A DNA stretch of 64,000 bases from a virus (IMGVR_UViG_3300031994_000062:21124-85123); one strand, 5' to 3'; counted from the stretch's first letter, positions 38,268-48,116 are shown. The notes: generated by a model not told the origin, from the sequence alone. Numbers and translations: made by a program.

Positions 38268-38882
38268 TTATAAAATGTCGTAGATGGTACATCCATCTTC
38301 GCCAATAATTTTATCTACAATTCCCATCTTAGCTGCTTCGGGACTGAAAAACAGGAATTCGTCTTTTCGTCTCTCCTCGTATTCATCTTCAGTAATATTA
38401 GTTCTCTCTAATACAAGCTGCCTATCAATCTCATCAAGATCATCCATAAAGTCCATCCAGTTTCTCATACGACTTGCGGAATTAGAAAGACTTCGGCTGC
38501 TTTCATGCATTAGAAACGAAGAATGCTTCCAAGCGTATCTCTCATGACAAGCAATATATACAGAAAATGCAGCGGATGCGACAATAGAAAACGCTACGCC
38601 AATAACTTTGGTTTGGCTTGATCTAATTACATCAACTAGATTATTCATTGTTATACATGATCCGCCTTCACTATCAATATAAATTCTAATAGGATGACGT
38701 TTTTCAACCGGAATATCCTTATCCTCGTCGTTCCATTTAATAATATTCAAAATAACCGACTCTAAAAGCCAGTCAGAAATCTCATCATTAATTAACAATA
38801 TTCTATTGTCGTAGAAATCACGAATTACCTCATCCCTAATTTCATCGTTTCCCATATCTGTTAGCGTTGATAAAAAATCCAT
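38268..38882 (-). CDS. clpP: ClpP-like serine protease
   Basis: IRIYIDSEGG, VASAA (Ser), FLMHE (His), EAAKMGIVDKI. Confidence 0.75.
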   Translation of the reverse strand: MDFLSTLTDMGNDEIRDEVIRDFYDNRILLINDEISDWLLESVILNIIKWNDEDKDIPVEKRHPIRIYIDSEGGSCITMNNLVDVIRSSQTKVIGVAFSIVASAAFSVYIACHERYAWKHSSFLMHESSRSLSNSASRMRNWMDFMDDLDEIDRQLVLERTNITEDEYEERRKDEFLFFSPEAAKMGIVDKIIGEDGCTIYDIL

Positions 38883-38903
38883 AATAATTTCTCCTTTTAT
38901 TCC

Positions 38904-39907
38904 TTAATCTTCAAAATATTCTTTTGCAATATCGTATTTTCGTTGCAAAAAAATAGTGGCATCCTTATATAGGAAACCACAAATTTTCTTGATATCATCT
39001 ATCCGTCGATATCGAACTTGATACATTCCTGGAAGATGAGACCTAATATCCACTTTAAAATTATTTTCACCATATGACTCTTTTAAAAGACTGTCAAAGT
39101 CTTGACAAAACTTTTTAGAGTTTTGATATACAGCAATTACTTTATCATGCTTTTTTCTACTGGCTATTGTACCATCGCCATCAACCAAGCCCCTTAAAAA
39201 ATGTTTGATAAGGTGCTTTGGGACTTTTTCTTCAATATTTTTAAACGATTCAGAATTATGAGTTTTATCAGGAACTATATCGAAAACACTTAAATCGTCA
39301 AATATTTGTTTAGAATTACAAGATTCAAACTTAACAAAATCTCCTAATCCTTTATTTGTTTCTATTTGTCGATAGTACAAATCATTTCCACATTTTAATT
39401 CTTCGGCTAATTTTTTAACTATAGCATCGTCTTTTCTTTGCAGTTCAATTGCTAAAAAATAACCACCATTATGAATTCTAACATAACCATCGGTGTAAAT
39501 AAGACCAAAAAATAAGCTTTTGCCTCTGTGTCGATAATGCTAAAATAATCATCAACAAAATTAATATTTTTCTCATCTCTTGGCATTTTGAATGTATTTA
39601 ATGTTAAACCATTTTCTTTAGCTATATTAGATACGGTAGTACAAGTCGAACCTGTTAATCTAGCTATTTCAGAACTATGCACTCCGTCCTTAACCATATT
39701 AATAATTTGTGATATCTTTTCCTCTGAGAGTTTACAATGTTTTACTTTTTTAATTTCGTTGTTGATTAAAAAATTATTTATCGCTGGATACGACATTTCA
39801 AGGTCTCTAGAAATTGCAGATACCGTCATACCGTTTTGAAACATATCAATAATTTTTAATCCTAATTCTTCTGTAAATGGTTTTTTACATCTTATCGGCA
39901 ATTTCAC
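38904..39907 (-). pseudogene. Free-standing LAGLIDADG endonuclease split by a -1 frameshift
   Basis: Two track ORFs join at the T6 run 39507-39512 into AYF(F)GLIYTDGYV; second motif HFLRGLVDGDGTI. No intron core nearby. GTG start overlaps the phoH 3' end. Confidence 0.75.
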
Positions 39908-41126
39908 TAGCTTCACTCCTATAATTATTTTTTAATTTAATACATCCAAATTTCTCATATCCCTTAAATACTTCCATCATCCTACGCATACCCAAATGAT
40001 CAATATTTACATCTGTTTGCTCGATAATGTCGCCTTCATATACCTGTTTACATCCTTCTTTACAACGTTGAATTATCGTCTTGAGCGTATAAACATCAAG
40101 ATTCTGAGCTTCGCTTACTATGACCATAGAGTCTGATTCAAACTCGACGCCTCTAATATTTGCCGTTGGTATAATATCGATCTTTCCGTCCTCAATTAAT
40201 CGTTGAACTTCGATGAGATCGCCGAATTTTGAAGCAAGAATATTTCCGATAGATGCAGAATATAAAAGCTTAGTTGTATGATCACCTTTTTCATAGCCTA
40301 AAGTCCTGGCATGTTTTAAAGGTTCAAAAGAATATACAAAATAACACTTCTTAATTTTACTTTTCTCTAATTTACTCATAAAATAAGAAAGCGGAAGAGT
40401 AGTCTTTCCGGATCCGGCTCTCCCAAACAATAAAGTGATATCATTTTTGTCAATACTATCCATAGCACATTGCTGTATCTGGTCAAGAGGTTTTACTTTG
40501 CCAAAATACCTTGACTGAAATGCAGTATATACAACCTTGGTATACTCACCATCGCCCCACTTATATGTGTCGATAATTTCACCGTTGTTATTTTTCAAGA
40601 TAATATATTCATTTCTGACCATGTTATAAATATTCTTGTCGAGATTAGAATAAAAATAAGCCATTTCATCATCGTTCATAGATATAACTCTATATCCAGT
40701 ATACTCATCAATATCGGCAAAATCTAAGTCCTTTGTACCGATGGTATTTAGACCAAATATCTTTCTGGCAATATGCTTGAGATTTAAATCATTAGATACA
40801 AATAAAATAGAAATCTGATGTAATTCCTGATAATAATAAGCAGAAGCAACTATAATATTGTCCGGTCCTGGCTCTAATAGCTTCTGTTCTTTTATATATG
40901 TAAGAAGGTCAGTATTATATCCTACGACCTCATATTTATCTTCATTCTCATCGAGAAGTCTTGATATCTGACGAGCCTTATATTTCGTGGCTTCGTCTTT
41001 TCTATATGCAGTTTTTATATCTTCAATTTCCTGCAGCGTCATCTGAGAAATTAAAAAATCTTCATCAAACGCGCGACTTTGAAGATCCAATATTGAGTTG
41101 GTATCGTAAAATTTACGACAATCCAT
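39885..41126 (-). CDS. phoH: PhoH-family protein (PIN + ATPase)
   Basis: PIN FYDTNSIL; Walker A GRAGSGKTT; IRGVEF; VSEAQN; EGDIIEQTD. Confidence 0.88.
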   Translation of the reverse strand: MDCRKFYDTNSILDLQSRAFDEDFLISQMTLQEIEDIKTAYRKDEATKYKARQISRLLDENEDKYEVVGYNTDLLTYIKEQKLLEPGPDNIIVASAYYYQELHQISILFVSNDLNLKHIARKIFGLNTIGTKDLDFADIDEYTGYRVISMNDDEMAYFYSNLDKNIYNMVRNEYIILKNNNGEIIDTYKWGDGEYTKVVYTAFQSRYFGKVKPLDQIQQCAMDSIDKNDITLLFGRAGSGKTTLPLSYFMSKLEKSKIKKCYFVYSFEPLKHARTLGYEKGDHTTKLLYSASIGNILASKFGDLIEVQRLIEDGKIDIIPTANIRGVEFESDSMVIVSEAQNLDVYTLKTIIQRCKEGCKQVYEGDIIEQTDVNIDHLGMRRMMEVFKGYEKFGCIKLKNNYRSEASEIADKM

Positions 41127-41130
41127 AAGC

Positions 41131-41310
41131 TTAATCCTCCTTAACTATGATGTCTTCTCTATACTTATAAAGCTTTTTGAGAGCACGAGGATTTTCGGTA
41201 AGATAATACCGCTTGGATTTAGATTTATGTGTTTGTGAACTAACATGAACATATTTTCCCATTTTATTTTCTCGCAAATAGTCAGCTTCTCGTCTTGCAA
41301 TTAAAATCAT
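41131..41310 (-). CDS. Small basic hypothetical protein (59 aa; below track cutoff)
   Basis: MILIARREADYLRE...KRYYLTENPRALKKLYKYRE; RBS present. Confidence 0.65.
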   Translation of the reverse strand: MILIARREADYLRENKMGKYVHVSSQTHKSKSKRYYLTENPRALKKLYKYREDIIVKED

Positions 41311-41344
41311 ACTTTCACTACTTTCTTTAATTTATTTTTTTTAA

Positions 41345-42280
41345 ACAAAAAAGGGGCATATGCCCCTATATAAAAGTTCAAAAAAGATCACCCCTGATCC
41401 TTGAACGAATTTCCCGACACAGAGTCGAACTGTGTTTCTTCCTATATAAATAGGACCACGCAGGAAGTAGGAGAGAAGAGTAGTAATCTACTCCTCGGTA
41501 CTCCTTTTAATCCTTTGCTAACGCTGAGATTATGCGTTTCGCAGAAAAAACTTTACGAGCATTATGAGTTCTCTCGTTATCCACTTACTGCCGTTTCCGC
41601 ACAATAAGTATTCTCTCATGGCTGCCTTTTTTATAGTGTGGCGATTCACTATTTCTACAAAGCTACTCTACCTTCCCTATTCCGTTAACGCTGCCGCGCT
41701 ATAAATTCCCGCTAAGAAAACCGTGCAAGGTCCAATAAACTTATCAGAGTCTTGCGAGACTCCTCAAAGACACCATTACATTGCTGCTGGTGTATTAAGC
41801 CACTTTCACTTTGCATAGGCACAGACTTTCGCTTTAATAATTTGATCATCTGTCTATTGTAAATAAACCCTGTATCCAATGGTTCTTTTTATTTATAATA
41901 TGTTTATATACATCCTTTGATTACGTGCTGCGCCAGTGGCTTCGTAAACTTTTGATCTACAAAATACCACACGCAACCATGCTTTCGGCCCGTTTGCCTA
42001 CTAACGTCTCATAAGCTAATGGGAAATCCCACTCACTTAATCAATGGATACCGCCCTCGCGCAACGTACACTTGGACTGTGTGCATCCTCCTGATTCACC
42101 TTCGCATATTCGTAAGTTTGCATGAGCTATCCAGATTGCGGTCCGGAAACCTTCTCTCAGCACTTGCCGTTGATCCGGCTTATTGCTCCATACTTCATAT
42201 GTTATATCCGCGCGGGATTTATATACCAGCACGAATCGCCGCCTTTTGAGCGACAGGCATGTCAGTTCTGCTTGAATTGA
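41345..42280 (-). ncRNA. Candidate large structured ncRNA (about 930 nt; GOLLD/ROOL size class)
   Basis: No credible ORF; higher GC than flanks; many hairpins with G-U pairs and GNRA loops; bracketed by a promoter-like site and a terminator. Confidence 0.6.
41347..41367 (-). terminator. Intrinsic terminator closing the non-coding region
   Basis: AGGGGCATATGCCCCT palindrome followed by a T run. Confidence 0.75.
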
Positions 42281-42282
42281 CC

Positions 42283-42310
42283 ATTATACCTACAATGGCG
42301 ACAAATACAA
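42283..42310 (-). promoter_or_regulatory. SigA-like promoter
   Basis: TTGTAT-16 nt-TATAAT pointing into the ncRNA candidate. Confidence 0.45.
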
Positions 42311-42397
42311 GATGTAAATATTTGCCTTTACGTAAGTCACCCTACGTTATCTGTGTCAAGCCACATTGCATAGATTTAACGTCCCTATGCAGACGAT

Positions 42398-42468
42398 TGC
42401 TACGCCCAGGTACTGCCCCTGGTTAAGACCGGCTTATGAGGCCAGTTAAGATCTTACCTTCCGCCAGC
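42398..42468 (-). tRNA. Degenerate tRNA-like gene, CAU anticodon (probable pseudo-tRNA)
   Basis: CTGGC-CTCATAA-GCCGG anticodon arm; CCAGG-GGCAGTA-CCTGG T-arm with atypical loop; imperfect acceptor stem. Confidence 0.45.
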
Positions 42469-42603
42469 TATGTTATTTATACTCGCCCCCTCACCAGGTA
42501 GAATAGAGGAGGTAACGGTGCGGCAAGAGAGCGAGTTTCTAAAGGAGTGTGAGTTTTATGATCTCACTTCGAGTTGATTATATGATTAATATAAACGGCT
42601 AAT

Positions 42604-42876
42604 TTATCTTACTAATTCTTTGAAGGAATTAGCAAACTTGCACTTCGGTGCATGTTTAGCCGGGACTGTAATAGCTTCACCAGTCTGAGGATTCCTGGAC
42701 TGACGTTCTGCCATGTACTTTCTACTCAGCTTAACACCATCGATAACCTGAATGTCATCGTCGTTATTCAGTGCTTCAATAACGATTTCACGGATGGCAC
42801 CAACAACAACCTTGGTGTCCTTCTGTGTAAATCCTGTTTTTTCTGCAATTTTCTTAATAAAATCTGCTTTCTTCAT
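42604..42876 (-). CDS. hup: HU family DNA-binding protein
   Basis: MKKADFIKKIAEKTG...RNPQTGEAITVPAK..PKCKFANSFKELV. Confidence 0.92.
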   Translation of the reverse strand: MKKADFIKKIAEKTGFTQKDTKVVVGAIREIVIEALNNDDDIQVIDGVKLSRKYMAERQSRNPQTGEAITVPAKHAPKCKFANSFKELVR

Positions 42877-43008
42877 TTCTATTTCTCCTTTTCTTCAATC
42901 ATTTTTTAAGTTTGAGCAGCTGCGTTTTCACTCACATAAACAAAATTCAATAAATTCGTAAAAGTGAATAAATTATTAGCTTTTGAAAAGGTCGAAGAAA
43001 ATTCAGTA

Positions 43009-43931
43009 TCACATTTTCTCTTTGTTTTCTTTGTTTTTGGAAAAGCACTTCAATAAAGCATCCGGATTTAATTCGTATAAAACTTTTAAAAGAATCGAAC
43101 GATTCTTATATAATTTACCTTTCATTTTGGCTTGATTGTTTCTGGTGTTTGTAGTAACACCAAAACCTCTTTTTAATAGATAAGACATGAACCCAAGATA
43201 ATTTTTTGATATACCAGTTTTACGTAAATCTTCGATAAGATTATCAAAATCATCTCTTAATACCAGCGTCTCTTCATACATGTTATCAATGTCATCAATA
43301 CGGCTTCTGACATCGTTATATAAATCCATAGAATACTTGCTTATTAATTTTTCCATGCGTTTAGATGTGTTCATTTTTCTGGAAGTAGAAAGCTCAAATT
43401 CATTAAAAAATTCTTCAAGTTTCATTCCATTTCTATTATAGTTAGCTCTCTTGAGTTTTAAATTATAAAGATAATTCATGGGACACATAATATCCAAATT
43501 AATTTTCTTCTTATCAAAACCCTTTCTAACACCTAACCAAAATGCTGGATATAAATTTTTGTCAACATCTATAAGCACTTTAAGCCGATTTATTTCTTCC
43601 ATTAAATCCATATCATACGATTTTTTCGCGCTATCTATACTCACCTGAGCAAGTGACGCAAGAATACATACGGCATCATAATACTTTCTATCTGGAAACG
43701 TATAAGTATATGACAAAGCTATCTGGGCTAAATTTGATGACAAACCGATACTCAACTGAGAAGCAGCAAGTTTATTATCAACGATAGCAAAAGAGTTCAT
43801 CGATGAATCGTATTTATTTTTTTCTTGTGGAATATTATTCACAACAGTCGGATGATTTATTTGACAGTATTTTGCGTGTTCTACTATAGGAGTAAAATTT
43901 GTTACGTAAATTGAATCTGAATCTTGATCCG
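43009..43931 (-). CDS. YonO-like single-subunit RNA polymerase, exon 2
   Basis: Starts (S)DQDSDSIYVTN, the DxDxD catalytic motif; LSIGLSSNLAQ and SIDSAKK. Confidence 0.85.
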
Positions 43932-44803
43932 CAATTCATAATTGTATAGGCTCTTTATCCTATACCCTCAAGTCACCTTGAGATTGGACTATATCTTTAC
44001 CATAGCTTTCGCCTTAGGTATCTGGCGCTCGTGTCGGGATTATTGGTATCCATCCTCACCCATTAGTCTCTGAAGTTTCTTGTCTACTTTTGCTGGAATT
44101 CGACAAGCTTACCTGCTGATTGAGTTAATTTAATTGTTTAATCTATATGTTTCCAAGTTTTTCTGTGACAAATATTTGCATATGTAGAATGTAAGTTTTT
44201 GTAATCTTTAGCGTGAATCATTTCTGGATGATCAAGTCTTAAAATATCGGCTATTTTCATACCTTCGTCGTATTTTCTTCTAATTTCTCTGACTTCCTCT
44301 TCTGTAAAATTAGCCCTTCCATTATTTACTCCTCGCGACGATTCACAAACCACTTCATAATTATTGTCTACAGTATATTGAATATTTTCGGCATGAGTGA
44401 TCCATTCTAAATTGTCAGCGTCATAATTCATCCTATTAAAATCTTTATGATTTACTTCGGCACCTTCGAAATATCCCGGTACCCAAGCATGTGCGACGTA
44501 CAAATGTACTGGAACTCCGCCACCAAAACAAGGATATCCGTCAGAATTGATATGTATCGTAGCTGGTTGAACTCTTCTTATTGGATTAAACGCTGAACCA
44601 TCTTTCGCAACATATTTTCCGCGACCTCTAAGTTCTACATATCTATATACCTTAGGCTCATATTTTTTGCCATCTTCATTAATAATAATTTCATCTTCAA
44701 ATTTTCTTTCTTCCATAGTTCGCCTTTCTTTCCTTATAACTTTCCCAGCAATTCACCAGATATTTTTTGAACTGAGTTTCCTCAGAACCGGGCCGGTATA
44801 TTA
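43932..44803 (-). mobile_element. Group I intron 4 (872 nt) with HNH ORF between P and Q
   Basis: P GAATTGCTGGGAA, Q AATCAGCAGG, R TCAGAGACTA, S GATATAGTCC. P1 UGGGU/GCCCG and P10 CGG/CCG support the junction GGG T|TAATA...AATTG|CG GAT. Confidence 0.92.
44138..44716 (-). CDS. Intron-encoded HNH homing endonuclease
   Basis: VHLYVAHAW...EVNHKDFNRMNYDADNLEWITHAEN. Confidence 0.88.
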   Translation of the reverse strand: MEERKFEDEIIINEDGKKYEPKVYRYVELRGRGKYVAKDGSAFNPIRRVQPATIHINSDGYPCFGGGVPVHLYVAHAWVPGYFEGAEVNHKDFNRMNYDADNLEWITHAENIQYTVDNNYEVVCESSRGVNNGRANFTEEEVREIRRKYDEGMKIADILRLDHPEMIHAKDYKNLHSTYANICHRKTWKHID

Positions 44804-46538
44804 ACCCATTGTTTCTCGGTTGAAACGTAGTATGATTCATATTTACGACTATACATAACTCCCCTAAATCAAAATATTTATCAAATAAGTCACTATGAAC
44901 ATTATGTAAATGTCCCAATCCATTCTGCGAATTAAACGGACTTCTAAACTCTGCCAGATATTCGCCATCTTTAAATCTATTTGTCCAACATTGAATGGCA
45001 TCTGGCTCCACAGAAAATGTAGGATCCTGCAGCGGATCTTCTCCAACCGCATGCATCAACATTCCATAAGCGTTACCACATATAACAAGATTGTCCGCAT
45101 CTTGCAAAACTTTCCCAGTTTTAAAATTAGTAATATACGCACGTATTATTGAAGCACGCCGCTCTCTGAAAAAGTCGCATCTAAGAAAATCTCTATCTTG
45201 TTCTACTAATGCCACCAGAACTTCGAAATCATTACTAAAATTCTCATTCTTCCTTAAATAATCCAAAAAAACATCATCGTCGTTCTTAAGCTTATCTATA
45301 TAATCAACAGTGATACCACACACATCACCCATAGTATCCATATTTAATGCATTAACCATCTGATAACTCATCTTCTGAACATCGCCAAGCTTACTCTTAT
45401 GAGCCGTCTTGACTATGCCCCAATAATTATCTGCTTCTCTAATTTTCTCTGCCCAATCATCAAATGTAACACCTTTGAACTTTAACCACTTAATGGCATT
45501 ATCAGTAGTAATAAGCCGTATATCTTTTGCCCGGACATTTCTCCCAAACATATCCGGAATATAAGCATTTTCATAATCGTCACCATAATGATCCTTAAAG
45601 AACTTCTGAATATGTGTACAAAAAGCGGCACACTTGGTAAAATGTTGTCTTAGCAAAATATACCCATTGGCTTCCTTTGGAAATATTGACGAATCAATCA
45701 ACGCCTGACCATCAAACAAAGTATTCGTAACCGGATAATTATCTCTCTCTTTGGCGATACAATGTTTATCCTTGTCTGTCTCAACACTGATAATTTTCTT
45801 GTAAATAAACGAATCTACGTCCTTTAAAACCAATATTTCTTCCGGCGCGATTTTAACTCTACCTCGGTCACCAATGCTGATGTCTATCGTACTAGTTATG
45901 AGAGAAGAGTAAGCACCAATCTCAATGACCGGTGCATTATCTTCTGGAAGTTCAATGCCCATTCTTAAATACTTTAGTGCGTCATCGTATAATTCTTCTC
46001 TGCAGAAATTTGCTTTCCCAACTTTCGCTTTACCTGGAGTTCTATATAAAAACTTATAATGAATTACTTCATCAACTATACGATTCCCATCTTTGTCATG
46101 ATAATAGTATTCAATATCGACACCATTATTATAAAAGTCAATGCGTATATCGTCGGCGGTTTTCTTAATGTATTTATCCATATTCTTATTAGCTTTTTCG
46201 ATAAGATGCTTAAGATGTTCAAGTTGTTGTTCCTTCTTATCATCCGAAATTTTCTTATTCTTCTTAAGATCCTTGATAGTTTTTTTAATATGATCTACGT
46301 CTTGCTTATAAGAACGAGAGCCGTACGCAAAATCGATACATATAATATCTCTGGTGCTTTCTTCATTTCTGATAGTCAATCCGTGGTCCTTCATATAATT
46401 AAGAAACATACTGTTTGTCAGCATAGCCTCTTTGAAATCATATCTGTCTCTGACACCTTGATTGTACCCTTCTATAGATCCGGCTTGATAAGTTCTAATT
46501 CTCAGTCCATACTTGCCCTTCTCTCTTTTCTGCTGCAC
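44804..46538 (-). CDS. YonO-like single-subunit RNA polymerase, exon 1
   Basis: RTPGKAKVG, NTLFDGQALID, LLRQHFTKCAAF, EFRSPFNS, ending FQPRNNG; joined protein 885 aa. Confidence 0.85.
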
Positions 46539-46545
46539 TTCGGCA

Positions 46546-47676
46546 TCACACTCCCCTTAGTAATTTCACATAAAATCTCAATTGCTCCAAAAAATAATCT
46601 ACATCTTCATCTGTCAATTCCGAATTGTAGCAAATTCTTATCGTGCTCTTGGCGTCTTCATCGCTTAATCCTATAGCCTGTAACACATGACTTGGTTCTG
46701 GACTATAATTATGACAAGCAGATCCGGCAGAAATGTAAATACCCTTTTCTCCTAATAGTGATACTAACGCCGACGCTTCAACGCCAGGAAATGTAAGACT
46801 TAAAATCGGAATATGCGGATATCCATTCTGTTTATATTCAATACCATCAAGTCCTTCTCGAATTTTCAGCGCAAAATTCAAAAAACCGTCTTCGAACTTA
46901 AGTCTCTCGATCTGATTGGCTAAAGCATAACACCCCGCCACATTCTCCGTTCCGGCACGCAGTCCCATCTCTTGGCCGCCCCCTTTTATATAAGGAAGAA
47001 ACTGCTTCTGAAAGTCCTTCGACATATATACAAACCCAGTTCCACGCAAAGCTCCGAATTTATGTCCAGATACTGTATAAGCATCACAGTTCAAATTCGC
47101 CCCGTAATGCGGGAAGAGCTGCACCTGATCTGAATGCAACCACACAGAATGATTGCCACAAATCTGATATATCTTTTCCATATTCTGTGCTACGCCAAGC
47201 TCGTTGTTAGCCGCCTGAATAGAAACCAATATGTCGTCAGGCTTTATGCCTTCTTTGATAGCAAGCTCAAGAGTAAAATCAAGAGATATCTCATATAACT
47301 CTCCAAGAGAATCGACAGGTAAATAGTACACAGTAATATCTGTATTATTTTCTAAATACTCCGCAACTCTCAAAACGCTAGGATGCTCAATCTGCGTAGT
47401 GATAAATAATCCTTCTTTCTTGCCTTCAAAAAATCCGCGAATAATCATATTATTGCCTTCTGTGCCGCCAGATGTAAAAATAATCTCTTCCGGCAAACAT
47501 CCCACATGATTTGCTATTTTTCGCCGCGAATCTTCTAACAAATTTCGCGCATCTAACCCGCCCTCATAAACAGAAGACGGGTTATACGGATAATCTATAG
47601 ATGCCATCGTGTAATCTATCAAACACTGCGGATCTGGTCTGGTAGTTGCTGCAGAGTCTAAATAAATATCTCTCAT
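46546..47676 (-). CDS. iscS: Cysteine desulfurase (IscS/NifS family)
   Basis: YLDSAATT, FTSGGTEGNN, HSDQVQ, SGHKFG (PLP Lys), RAGTEN, SAGSAC (catalytic Cys). Confidence 0.92.
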   Translation of the reverse strand: MRDIYLDSAATTRPDPQCLIDYTMASIDYPYNPSSVYEGGLDARNLLEDSRRKIANHVGCLPEEIIFTSGGTEGNNMIIRGFFEGKKEGLFITTQIEHPSVLRVAEYLENNTDITVYYLPVDSLGELYEISLDFTLELAIKEGIKPDDILVSIQAANNELGVAQNMEKIYQICGNHSVWLHSDQVQLFPHYGANLNCDAYTVSGHKFGALRGTGFVYMSKDFQKQFLPYIKGGGQEMGLRAGTENVAGCYALANQIERLKFEDGFLNFALKIREGLDGIEYKQNGYPHIPILSLTFPGVEASALVSLLGEKGIYISAGSACHNYSPEPSHVLQAIGLSDEDAKSTIRICYNSELTDEDVDYFLEQLRFYVKLLRGV

Positions 47677-48116
47677 GAAACCATCCTTTCAACAACATCG
47701 CCAAGCTTATAATCAATATCATCAATCTCAATCTTCTTGATGTTGTAACTGTCGAAATACTTTACATCATCTTCGAAATTCTCAAAAACTCTTACATAAG
47801 CCCGATAATTCTTATCTGACGGTTTACTGGTCAGCCTTTCTCCGGCTTTTTCGACCCATTTATCCTTAAGCTTAATAGAAGGATAGATTAGACCTGTATA
47901 TTTATCCGGCACTGTAGTGATCAGCCTTTCAATCACAGCCGGATGCGTTGAGACAAAAACAGTAAACCCTTGTCTTGACAAACTCTTAGCTACTTCAACA
48001 TAGTATTTATACCAATCCTTAATTCCCCTGAAATGGCTGCTTTCTAAATCAATCACAGAGTTGTTCTTGCTTGCTAAAGTTGTCTTCCCGATTCCTGGAT
48101 ATCCTGCAATAATCAT
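47673..48116 (-). CDS. Small P-loop kinase-like protein
   Basis: IIAGYPGIGKTT. Confidence 0.7.
   Translation of the reverse strand: MIIAGYPGIGKTTLASKNNSVIDLESSHFRGIKDWYKYYVEVAKSLSRQGFTVFVSTHPAVIERLITTVPDKYTGLIYPSIKLKDKWVEKAGERLTSKPSDKNYRAYVRVFENFEDDVKYFDSYNIKKIEIDDIDYKLGDVVERMVS

Noticed and set aside
42041-42232. 63-aa minus-strand ORF inside the ncRNA candidate
   Set aside because: No RBS, atypical composition, and it overlaps predicted helices.
42311-42397. Hairpins after the pseudo-tRNA, as a possible theta/HDV-like ribozyme
   Set aside because: Could not build the nested double pseudoknot or the L3/J4-2 consensus.
41345-42600. CRISPR array, group II intron or rRNA as an explanation of the non-coding region
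   Set aside because: No repeat-spacer periodicity, no domain V, no rRNA signature, and flanking genes are not split.
28110-44808. GGGT|TAATA shared by the terminase and RNAP intron 5' junctions, and repeated near the terminase intron 3' end
   Set aside because: Matches the known T4 td-type junction (GGGU|UAAU); the internal copy is only 9 nt.
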